This document shows, one piece after another, positions 52,385 through 64,000 of a stretch of 64,000 nucleotides of DNA. The translations under genes were made by a program, and so were the position numbers. Origin of the DNA: Octopus sinensis (Eukaryota); NCBI RefSeq assembly GCF_006345805.1, contig NC_042999.1, positions 135,346,001 to 135,410,000 of the forward strand, read 5' to 3'. The stretch's first letter is position 1. Every line of letters starts with the position of its first letter. Under the pieces are notes generated by a model that saw only the letters and a list, made by a program, of their open reading frames with translations, made no database searches and was not told the DNA's origin.

Positions 52385-52970
52385 ATAACCATCCAAAAAA
52401 CAACAACAGCAACAATTCAAATAATAAACTGAGAACACCTAGTGATAATAAAATGATAATATTGACAACCAAAATACCAAACAGAACCAATCCCTCCAGT
52501 GCCCAATGTACACAAACCAACAAAATAAAACAGTTATGCCCACACAGAGATAGATCCAGCTGCCCTTTGGATAACCAATGTATAACTAAGAACGTGGTAT
52601 ACAAGTGCACTATAAACACTAGAAGTCCCCTACATATATATTGAGGCATCATTCAGTTTTTTCAAAAACCGATACCACAACCACATTGCCAGCTTTCAAA
52701 ATATCCTTAAACAATGTGTAACATCACTGGCTGATTTTATCTGGAGGCTTAAGGAAGCAAAGACAAAATACGACCTTACATGGTCCATACTTAGACATGC
52801 GAGTCCCTACAACACTATATCCTGCAAATGCCAATTATGCTCTGAGGAGTCACTATTGATAATGCTAACAAAGGAGCGCATTATAAATAAATTCACTGAA
52901 CAATTACCCAGATGCCTACACACAGCTAAACATACATTCACATATTACAATCTAGACCATACATAACTTG
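52385..52970 (+). mobile_element. Penelope-like element GIY-YIG endonuclease remnant
   Basis: C.HRDRSSCPLDNQCITKNVVYKC..IY*G...RYHNH..SF...TSLADFIWRLK...WSIL...PY...CQLCSEE...INK...C.H. Confidence 0.85.
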
Positions 52971-53997
52971 ATATATACATGGTGCCCACAACTCTTAATA
53001 CACCTGAACTTGAAGAACTATATTTGAATATCTTGTATTTGACATATGATCTTGCAATCTAGATCCATATATGTATATATATAATATATCTGTATATGTA
53101 TGCATATCTATATGTATATATATTTACAAATAAGGGTGAAAAATTAGATATTAATTTAATAATACCATCAATTTAACACCAAGTGGCTTAGCGCATAAAA
53201 AACCAGGGATACAATAAAAAAATCTATATTTTTGTTATTTTTCACTTGCCCTGCTTGTTTACGTTAAATGTTGTGTTAATTCTCCTTGGAAACAATTTTT
53301 AGTGGCTAATACCATAGCGGATCTATTTTTAGCACTAGAGTCGACCATATAGTGGTCACTCTCTCTCATATTTATATATGTATATATATATGTATATGTA
53401 TATGTATATATATATATATGTATGTATGTATGTGTGTATATATGTGTGTATATATGTGTGTATATGCATATATGTATATGTGTATGTGTGTATATGTATA
53501 TATATATGTGCCTGTGTATGTGTGTGTGCGTGTGTGTATGTATATATATATATATGTATGTATATGTCTACATATTCATCTGTGCGCATTTGCATTTTTG
53601 TAGGTGTATGTATATATTAGTGTGAATTTGTGTATACGTGTATGCGGGCATGTGTTTATGCGTGTATATGCATACATATATGTATGCGTATGTGAATATG
53701 TATATGCGTGTAAATATTTACTTATGTGTATACACGAGTGTATTAACACGCGTGTGTATGTTGAACTTTGCACAGACGTCTGTATCTTGCTTTACATAGG
53801 AATATATGCACATATTTCTGTATGCTATGTACGTATATTTATGTATATATACATGTGTACCTGCATATATGAATTCCTATACATATATATATGCATGTAT
53901 TCGTCCATACGTGTGCGTATGCGCATGTATCTAGTTGTATGTACATACCCATATACTTGGATGTACGTGTGAGCACATATGTATATGTGCGTATATA

Positions 53998-54032
<35 letters not shown>

Positions 54033-54036
<4 letters not shown>

Positions 54037-54220
54037 ATCCAAACAAGAAAGCACAAAAAAACACAACAACGCGAGGACGTGGAACAAATATAGTATTATT
54101 GGATGCTCAGGAAAGAAGGAAAGAAGGAGGGTTTAACGTTTCGGGCAGAGCTCTTCGTCGGAAACATAGGAGAAGGAAAGATCCAGAGAAGGGAAGACAG
54201 AGGAAAAAAAATCGCCAACC
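54033..54220 (-). mobile_element. Second copy of the 22262 pLTR-like family, with hammerhead motif at 54131-54165
   Basis: Minus strand gttt-CCGACGA-agagctctgccc-GAAAC-GTT-aaac; flanked by (TA)n. Confidence 0.65.
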
Positions 54221-54223
54221 ATA

Positions 54224-54267
<44 letters not shown>

Positions 54268-54557
54268 TTGAATCTGTGTATGTATATGTACATCTAAGCA
54301 CAAACATAAAAAAATTTTCATCTAAGTATTATTTTCCTTTCAACTTCTACATCCTTTTCTTTCTCTTAACAGTTACAATAGCGAAAGCTCATTATGTCAT
54401 TTTATCTAAATTAAAATGTATAATTTTCATGTTCATATTTGAATTTTTTTGTATTTCAATAATTTTTCTGTTTTTTACTCATTCTCGAATTTGATGGACA
54501 TATAGCAGTACATTAGCCGAATCAGAAAATCTATAGTGAGAGCTTTTATTGATGTAC

Positions 54558-54616
54558 CTGAAGAGACCCAGAATGGATCGAAATATGCGTCGTACCCAAT
54601 AAAATCTTTTACTCAT
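54558..54616 (-). CDS. Exon 1 coding part of unrecognised gene: MSKRFYWVRRIFRSILGLF(R)
   Basis: ATG at 54616, CAG|gtacat donor, phase 2 matching exon 2. The frame is open up to a ttgcag acceptor at 54665, so the start may lie further upstream. Confidence 0.68.
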
Positions 54617-54779
54617 TCCATCTATTTTATTAATACTGTTACCCCAACTGCCACTATGAAGTTCCTGCAATAAATCTACAGATAACAACAGGTAATCGAA
54701 ACTGTGCCAGTGCTTTACTCATCATTTATTTATACATTTTGTATAATTTCCCCATTATATATATATATATATACTTTAT

Positions 54780-54924
54780 TTAAAGCAGCAGAAAATTCAA
54801 CAAAACCTGTTACTCTGAGTTTCACGTCCCCGTTCGTCGGACAGTTTTTTCTAGCAAAAACTGTCCGACGAACGGAAACGTGAAACTCAGAGTAACAGGT
54901 TTTGTTGAATTTCTGCTGCTTTAA
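54780..54924. ncRNA. Near-perfect palindrome encoding a type I hammerhead-like motif on each strand
   Basis: + strand ctgt-CCGACGA-acg-gaaa-cgt-GAAAC-tcaga-GTA-acag (54861-54898); - strand has the same motif with a ggga loop (54807-54844). Confidence 0.68.
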
Positions 54925-55001
54925 TTAAAAAGCATATTACTCTACCACTGGTATTTGAGTATTCTTTGTTCCACCTTGTTTCACATTTATGTGTTTACTC
55001 C

Positions 55002-55049
<48 letters not shown>

Positions 55050-55743
55050 CTTTTTTCAGTTTCTGTCTACCAAATCCACTCATAAGGCTTTGGTCAGCCT
55101 GAGGCTATAGTAGAAGACAATTGCCCAAGGTGCTCTGCAGTGAGACTGAACCTGAAACCATGTAACTGGGAACCAAGCTTCTTACCACACAACCACTTCT
55201 GTGCCTGTGATTTTTTTTTCCAAACCTTTTTATAAAATATTGAGAAACAAAACCAGTTTACTGGTCCAAGTTTACTATCAACCTAAATGGAACAATAAGA
55301 AAGCTTTTGCATATTTGCTCAACCTCTTACAAATAAAATCCAGATATCTTTCATGTCACATCCTATAAAAAGGAAGGATACATTGGACAGTGTAGTCCTA
55401 GACTAAAACAATTTAGAAAGATACCTGATTGGAACACCTTTTAACTCAATGCAGACAGACCTGTGGCTTAACAACAACAATCAATAACTTAGTGTTCTAT
55501 CATTAATTTCTAGCACCAATAATTACTAAGTTAAATATGAAGTATGTTACTGAAAATGGTAAAACAGTGATCACTATATTAGATGGCATATAAGATGCAT
55601 TTATTTTCCAGACAAAATCAACCTGGGTCCTATATGTTTGGTTCCCATAAGCTTTAATGCAGTAAAAAGATATCTTTTTCTGGAAGCTCCACTGTTGAAA
55701 TTGAGGGCACATCTAATATGCCTGTGAGTATTTTATGCCATCA

Positions 55744-55975
55744 AAGGCGGCGAGCTGGCAGAAACGTTAGCACGCCGGGCGAAATGCGTAGTCGTATTTT
55801 GTCCACTGTTACGTTCTGAGTTCAAATTCCGCCGAGGTCGACTTTGCCTTTCATCCTTTCGGGGTCGATAAATTAAGTACCAGTTACACTCTGGGGGTCG
55901 ATGTAATCGACTTAATCCGTTTGTCTGTCCTTGTTTGTCCCCTCTATGTTTAGCCCCTTGTGGGTAATAAAGAAA
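55744..55975 (+). mobile_element. Young tRNA-derived CORE-type SINE (family B reference copy)
   Basis: ggcggcgagctggcagaaacgttagcacgccgggcg...gagttcaaattccgccgagg..., CpGs retained; other copies at ~27705-27860, 37395-37615, 41170-41310 and 56215-56425. Confidence 0.85.
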
Positions 55976-58342
55976 CATATAGTAAATGCCCAATCAGTAT
56001 TTAACTTGGAAACTCTGTTTGGAACTAAACTCTTTAGTATTTACTCTGGCCATATCTGTCCAAGATCTTCTAACTGTTTTATGTTCCAGCCAGTCACATC
56101 TGGCCTCTCACATCTACCCAACAATGTTACTGTAAAAAGAAACAATCACATCATTGAAATCTCAAAGCTACAAAGTAATGCATGATTAATTCAAAACAAT
56201 ATGAATGAATGGCTTCAAATTTTGGCACAAGGCCAGCAGTTTTGGAGGAGGGAATAAATTGATTACATCAACCCCAGTGCTCAACTGGTACTTATTTTAT
56301 TACACCAAAAGGATGAAAAGCAAAGTTGACCTCGTTGAAATTTGAATTCAGAACATAAAGACAGACAAAATGCTGTATAGAGTTTTGTCTGGGATGCAAA
56401 CAATTCTGTCAGCTCACCACCTTTTTGAATAAATGTGAATAAATAAACAATGCATTTCACTGTGTTATCTTAGTGCTAAAGGCTTCAATTTCTCAAACTT
56501 TAACTTTGGTTTTTATTACTCCAGAGTGAATAATATATGCACTAGAAATCTCATCATCAGTATCATTTTTATCTTCACTTTTTTTATGATGGCATGGGTT
56601 AAACAAGACTTGTTGAGGTAACATTCTACAGCCAAATGCTTTGTCTATCACTGATACCCCTCCTTGTTTTCAAGTTAGTTACATTAGCCTATGACTTCCC
56701 AGGAACTGACAAGCTGTTTCTATAGGCCATATTTTGTGTTTATCTGAGACATAAACATTGTCAATGCTAGCTGCATTGTGTCAGTGCAAAACATGCAGGT
56801 ACAGACACCCCTAACTCCTTACACACACACACACACACACACATGTATAAATGTTCACGCACACATACACACACACGCGCACACACATACACACATTGAG
56901 GAAGCTATAAGTTGATACTCAAGCATTCAGCTCTGAGTGCACTGCTGCATATAGTAATGGTTATGTAATTCCTATTCTCTGTACTTGCCTAATACTTTAT
57001 TCTAAAGCTATGTATATTGAGTTATAGCAACAGGTTATTAGTATTACTATGTCTAATATGACTATTAAAATATGTATTTGTATTATTTTTATTCTATTAC
57101 CTATTGATTTATATAATGTTTTGTTTGATTTTGATGTTCTCATTTGTATAATTAATAAATAATGTAAAATTGTAATATCCATAAGTTGATGAATGAGATG
57201 AATTTGTTTCTCCATTTTCTTATTTGTATTATTTATATATATATATATCTACAGGGTGCGTAAGATATTTGAGGACAGATTTATCATCATCATCATCATC
57301 ATTTAGCGTCCGCTTTCCATGCTAGCATGGATTGGACGGTTCAACTGGGGTCTGTGAAGCCAGAAGGCTGCATCAGGCCCAGTCTGATCTGGCAGTGTTT
57401 CTACAGCTTCCTAACGCCAACCACTCCGTGAGTGTAGTGGGTGCTTTTTACGTGCCACCCACACAGGTACCAGATGGAGCTGGGATTTATGTTTATAAAA
57501 AGCAGATATATAATAACAGATAACTTTATTTATCAAAAAATGCTATGAGAATAAAAATAAACCTTCTTTTCTATTATTTTTATTCAATAAAGCCACCTTC
57601 AGCTTCAGCAACTGCTTCTGTATGAGATCTAAATCATCTACATGCCCAAATTAAGTGGTCCTGGTTCATTTTGGACATTACTCTGACTATGCTTCAACAC
57701 ACATACTCATAAACAATCTTGTAAACCAAATCCCAAAATGAAATATATATATATATATATATAAATTACTGTCAAGAACACAGTATTTCATTCTGCAATC
57801 AACATATACCACCAAGTATATTATATGAAATTTATCTCTTGTAGAATTTCGAACAAGCATTGCAAGTTATGATGTTTCATATAAAACATTGTATCTTGCA
57901 GTGCTGGCTCTGAATCGTATAGGAAATCTATAAACTTAAACGTATACATATATATATTTCTGCCGAATTTTATCCCTAATTTTGTGGTTATAGAACCTAG
58001 CTGTTCTTTCTAGCATGTTGAATCCCATGAGTGGATTCCTCATGTGTTTAAATGTACACTGTATCTTTTGACTAATACATAGTCTTTTGGACTAAAACTT
58101 TACACGTTAGACCACTGGAAATGTAAATTTTAATTAATTTCCATTTCCCTTTGATATGATTAAATGAATGAATGAATGAATGAATGAATGAATGAATGAA
58201 TGTATGTATGTATGTATGTATGTATGTATGTAGTATGTATGTATGCATGCATGCATGCATGCATGTATATATATATATATATATATAACATGCACACACA
58301 CAGATATATATATATCTGTGTGTGTGTGTGTTTGTATGTATG

Positions 58343-59035
58343 AGCAAATTAGCTAGTTAGAAAATCTCTATAAGAGATGAAAGCAGTAATTATACTGAGA
58401 AGTATATTTATTGCTACTTAAACATAGCTGTTCTGAAGGAACTGACATTACTACTATTTTTAATCCCAGGAGGACGCCACCTCCCGCTAGTTATACAACG
58501 CAATCTGCACCTGATATATATTGCAAGCAGGAGTAGTGTACCCCAACCGTCTTCTAGTCATGAGACTACTAGACTGTACAAGTTCGACCTCTTTGTCATC
58601 ATCCTCAGTGGTGGATACTCACTAATTAGAGATAGCAATACTTCACTCCAGCTTACAATATATAGACAACCAAGTCACTGATCTTGCAACAAGCAAATTA
58701 GCTAGGTAGAAAATCTCTATAAGGGATGAAAGCAGTAACTATACTGAGAAGTAATGTTTATCATCACTAAAACATAGCTGTTCCATAGGAACCGACATTA
58801 CTGCTATTTTGAACCTCAGGAGGATTCCTCCTCCAGCTGGTTATTCGATGCAATCTGCACCCAATATATATTGCAAGCAGGGGAGTGAACCCCTACTATC
58901 TTCCAACTAGCTAATCTGCTTCTTGCAAGATCAGTGACTGTGTGTTGTTTGGTTTTCTATATATTCCGAGCTGGAGTGAACTACTGCCATGTCTAGCAGG
59001 CAAGTATCCACCACTGAGGATGACTACAGAGGTTA
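58343..59035. repeat. Direct repeat (period ~349 bp) plus inverted copy of the spacer
   Basis: agcaaattagctag.tagaaaatctctataag at 58343 and 58692; 58587-58689 is mirrored at 58922-59035. Confidence 0.85.
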
Positions 59036-60995
59036 AAACAATATGGTCAGGTGGTCTTGTATTCCATCCAACATAAATACCTGGACTCATGTTTTCATGT
59101 GTGTGTAACAATGCAGTTAAGCTTCTTTGCATACTACTTATTCCAGTCCGTACCATATGCCAAAAGTTAAACTGAAATATATATGGTCTTGGACATACTG
59201 GAAAAACTGAAAACTGTCAGCATTGATCAACTTAAGCAGGCTTTTATTGAGTCAATACCCCTACCACAATAATCTTCTTCCACATCCGCCACACTAGAAT
59301 AATCCAAACAAGAAAATATCACATTATCCAACAACATAGCACATCACACAGACAAAGTAAGCAAAAGTGGCAGATGAGTCCATTGATCAGTTAAGTGCAT
59401 CTGAACGTAATCTGAACATTCACATGATGTCTTAGAAATAACTTCTACAAACACAGCACAGCTTTTCTCTTCTCCCAGTCAGCAATTGTATTATTAACAA
59501 CTTTCATTGTAAATAGCCAAGACAAATATCATGTCTGGCAATAAACATTAAGGTTGAAAATTCATGGGTTTCCTTCATGAGCTCAGTTATTATTCATGTA
59601 GCCAACGACATTCTACATGTACACTATAACAATGGTGATAAAACCATCCATTATGACAATGGCGATTCAGAAGTTTAAAATATATCGTCATTAACTGTGT
59701 TGAAATGAGCAATCAAGCTCCACCACAACACGTTTAAAGTGCTTTCTGTTCCTCTGAAATAGCTAACTGCATACTTTTCTCACTTGTACCCACTCATTCT
59801 ACTCATCTCTCCTTATTCTATCATCCACACTGTGTTCAATCTCTATACCTTGTACAAACACCTTTACCAGTTTTTCCCCCCAAAGTTGTAACCCTCTCGT
59901 ATTCCTTCATTTATGTATTCCCTTTAGTCCTTTTGTTCCCAGATTTCTACTGAAATGCATTGCTTTTGTTTTGATTAAATTTGAAAATAATAAAGAATTT
60001 AGTAAAATAAAAATGTCCCTTATTAAGCTGATGTTTGGAACATAAACTAACAAGAAATTTTGATGGAAGATTTTAATTTAAATCACTTTAAAACAAGAAG
60101 TTTGTATCATAGAACCAACAGTGGTTGGAATTCTTGCTTAAGCACCCCATATAATCCTTCATAACTAAAATTTCCACTCTTTTTGAATTTTAAAATCAGA
60201 GTTTAAAATACAGACAGTCTGAACTTTTTGCTTAAATCCCAGAAATGGAGCACTCTTAGGGGCATTATCATTCCATTAAATGTGTTTATGGGGAAAAAAA
60301 TATTGAAAAACATCAGTACATGTTAGAATGACAAAGAAACAAAGAAGGTATCAGGTGGTCATGAGATGTGCTAAAAACAATAGTGAAATTGCCCTTAAAT
60401 CACATACACACACAATTTTGTTTTTTTTTCCATAATCATACGAATTTCTGTGTACAGATCACAAATGTGCAAAAGATTTTCTGAAAATTCCCAAAACATG
60501 AAGAAGTTATGAGGGGTTATATGGGATGCTTAAACCAGAATTCCATCCAAGAATGTTCTTAGGTGATTTGGTATCAAAAGGGTTAAACACTGACCTAGAA
60601 ATGTTCAAGCTGAATATCAACCACACCAGTATCACAAGTCTGGTGGTGGCAGCTACAAAGAGCATGGTTATTGTTGCTATTCTTCTGGTTAATATACCAT
60701 AGATTGGTGACATTTACAACTGCAAGCAGTGGAAGAAAAGTATGTTGTGTTTCACTGGTATAATGTACCTTTATATTAGCTATGGTCATACATCAGCATG
60801 TCCAAAAATTAAAGACATTTAGTTTTAATGCCAAGTAAATAATTAAATTGGAATATTTCCATGTAGTTATTCAAACTTGAGACGTCTGATGTTATTCAAA
60901 ATGACACTTTGGTTTTATAGTTTCTATGTAGAGAGTAAATGGGGAGGAACTGATCTCTGATAAATAGTCTTTGAAAGCAAAATGTATGCATATGA

Positions 60996-61043
<48 letters not shown>

Positions 61044-61705
61044 AAGAGAGAGACTAAGTATTTATGTCCACTTGAGTTTTCGCCTTTTTGACTTTTATCA
61101 TCATGAGGATGATAAAATCAAAACCAGACAAAATAAAACACTCTATAACTGGCTAAAAATCTTAAGGAGTGGTACCCTAGCATGGCAGAGTTATAATAAT
61201 TGAAATTAGCAAGAAATAGAATACACTAACATATTCAATACACACAAACACACACACTCACGCACATATGTATTGATTTTTGTTTTTATCTAAAGCTATA
61301 TGTAAAAACAATTTAACATTATACAATAGGATTACTCAATACTTTTTAGTGGAGTACATATTTATTAACTTTTACAAAAAAAAGGTTGTCAATGGCTTCA
61401 GCTTTAAGATATTAGAATGTTGACTTATTTATTAATCAAAACGACAACCATAATAACATACATATATACATTATAAAATTCAATACATATAAGATAAGAA
61501 TAAAAGAGGTTATTAAAAAATGGTAAAATATTTCTTTACCTTCACCCATTTAATACAATAAGTAAGTTTATTGCATTGCAATTAAAAACGCTTGTGTATT
61601 AATAATTTGGGTATTATACCAACAGTATATTGGATAAGTATTATCCCTTAGTGGGTTGGATCCACAACCCCTAACTTACTTGGTGTATATATATATATAT
61701 ATATA

Positions 61706-62890
61706 TGTTATCATCATCATTTAACATCCATTGTCCATAATGGCATGGGTTGGATGGTTTGACCAGGGCTGGTAAGCTGTAGGGCTGCACTAGATTCCAG
61801 TCTGATTTGGCATGGTTTCTATGGCTGGATGCCCTTCCTAATGCCAACCACTCCAAGAGTGTAATGAGTACTTCTATGTGTAATGGATGCCAGTTGCATG
61901 ACACCAGTATCTACCACAACTACAATTGGCTTAATAGATCTTCCTTCTCAAGCACATCATATTACCAAAGGTCTCTATCATTTGTCATTGCCTCCATGAG
62001 GCCTAGCACTTGAAAGGTGCTTTTTATGTGCTACCGGCATGGTTGCTAGTTCCACAACACCAGCATTAGCCATATTGCCTCTGTGAGGCCCAACACTGAA
62101 AAGGTGTTTTTTATGTGCCACCGGCACAGGTGCCTGTTATCTGACACCAACAAAGGCCACAACTATGATTTCACTTTGCAGGATAGGTCTTCGCAAGCAC
62201 ATCATATTACCAAAGGTCTTAGTCATTTGTCATTGCCTCTGTGAGGCCCAGCATTCAAAGATCATGCTTTACCACTTTATCCCATGTCTTCCTAGATCTC
62301 TCTCTTCCACTGGATGAGATCAGCACTTCTTCACACAGTTGTCCACCCACATCCATATGCATCCCATGACCATACCGGTGCAGTTATCTCTCTTGTACAC
62401 CACATCCTAAGCCTCTTATGCCCAACTTTCTTTCAAGATGCTTACATTCAGTCATGCATGCACAGTGACATAGCACATCCAGCGAAGCATGCTAGCTTCA
62501 TTTCTTTCAAGCTTATGCATATCCCCAGTGGTCACAACCCATGTTTTACTGTCATGTAACATGACTGTTTGCACACAGGCATCATACAATTTGCCTTCCA
62601 CTCTGAGGGAAAGTTCCTTCATCACCAACAGAAGTAGGAGCTCTCTGAGCATTGCCCAACCTATTCTTATTCTAGCAGCTACACTCTTGGAGCATCCACT
62701 CTTGCTACTGACTTGGTCACTTAGGTACCTGTGCAACTTCCACACACAAAAACTAGTTTCCCTGTTAACCTTCCTCTGATATTGTTGCACCTCTTATGTG
62801 TCCATAGCTTACATCGGGTACATCTAATGGAATTTGTACCCACACCTTTCTTACAGATCAAGCAGGGCCATCTGCCTGAGTGGATTTGCA
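61706..62890 (-). mobile_element. 5'-truncated RTE LINE
   Basis: RIRIGWAMLRELL...LERNEASMLRWMC remnants and (CAT)n tail; another RTE tail follows at 62890-63190. Confidence 0.85.
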
Positions 62891-63318
62891 ATCATCATCA
62901 TCATCATCATCATTTAACGTCTGCCTTCAGTGCTGGCATGGGTTGGACAGTTTGACAGGAGCCAGCCAAAGAGGAACCTGCACCTGACTTCTGTGTCTGT
63001 TTGGAATGGTTTTTATGGCTGGATGCCCTAGCACCAAATATCCAGCAGAATGAACTGAGTGCTTTTTATATGGCACAGGTGGGTCAGATTTGGCAGGGTT
63101 TTTACAGCTGAATGCCCTTTCAAACGCCAACCACTTTACAATGTATACTGGATGATTTTACAGGGCATCAACACTGGCAGGGTCACCAAGGGGTCACCTA
63201 AGGGAAGAGCAGGAGGAGAGAGAGAGATGATGGCAAAATGCCAGGCATACTCACAAGGGACGGGCATCAAGATTATATGTATGTATGTATATACATATGT
63301 ATATGTGTATGTGTGTGC

Positions 63319-63358
<40 letters not shown>

Positions 63359-63366
63359 TATATATT

Positions 63367-63397
<31 letters not shown>

Positions 63398-63722
63398 ATA
63401 TTTATATAAATATATATATATGTATGTATGTGTGTGTATATATATAATAATAAGAGTAAATAATTTCTATAAAGGTTTTTAAAAAAACCACAATTATTTA
63501 CTGGTAGAATTCGGTATGTAAATATAGCCGATTACCGGCAGGAACTTCTGTAAAGTTCAGTATATATATTGTATATAAGAAAAGGGACAGGCAACAGGTT
63601 GCTTGACCACATACCGAAAAAATAGAAATAGCAGTCAAGAATGCTTATTTCTATCAAAGTGGGACTCCGGGCACGACAAACCCTGTAATTCACATATGCA
63701 AAACAGAAGGAATAGATATCGA

Positions 63723-64000
63723 AAACGAAGTCTGGTGGTTATCTGTGAACATCATGTTTCTGGATTATAAACATATTGAATATATATTTCATATATATTT
63801 TTGATATATATTTCATATACATTGCATATATATTTCACATCCTTCTTCAGCACAGCTTTCCATTGAAATAGATTTATCATAGATGTGAAATATATATGCA
63901 ATGTATATGAAATATATATCAAAAATATATATGAAATATATATTCAATATGTTTATAATCCAGAAACATGATGTTCACAGATAACCACCAGACTTCGTTT
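63723..64000. repeat. Inverted repeat with at least 119-bp arms, truncated by the window end
   Basis: 63723-63841 is the reverse complement of 63882-64000 with a 40-bp spacer; no mismatch seen by eye. Confidence 0.93.

Noticed and set aside
53352-54064. Many overlapping ORFs rich in Y/I/C/V/M/H/T (also near 18200, 24130, 39700, 40750, 63250)
   Set aside because: Translations of (TA)n/(TG)n/(CA)n microsatellites
59100-59800. Possible very old Penelope coding remnant
   Set aside because: No motif could be read confidently in any frame

Overview
AT-rich, microsatellite- and transposon-dense eukaryotic DNA. The SINE/RTE repertoire resembles Octopus (cephalopod) repeats; this is an inference. 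Two convergent host genes are present. (1) The last two coding exons of ZNF598 lie on + (1636-1726 and 5545-7576; splice phases match). (2) A 7-exon gene on - (54616 down to 24925), not apparent from the ORF track, splices with GT-AG sites and consistent phases into a 412-aa protein I do not recognise. It has an N-terminal hydrophobic segment, a beta-rich middle, a helical C-terminal part and a basic tail. The rest is decayed RTE, R4-like, CR1-like and Penelope-like retroelements, mariner/Tc1, hAT and piggyBac-type MITEs, Helitron-like elements and tRNA-derived SINEs. The most unusual signal is a set of unrelated long palindromes of different apparent ages. Several carry minimal type I hammerhead ribozyme cores, and one also has back-to-back tRNA-like Pol III heads at its centre, suggesting non-autonomous hairpin elements mobilised by Penelope-like machinery. 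Repeat coordinates are approximate; exon coordinates were checked base by base.
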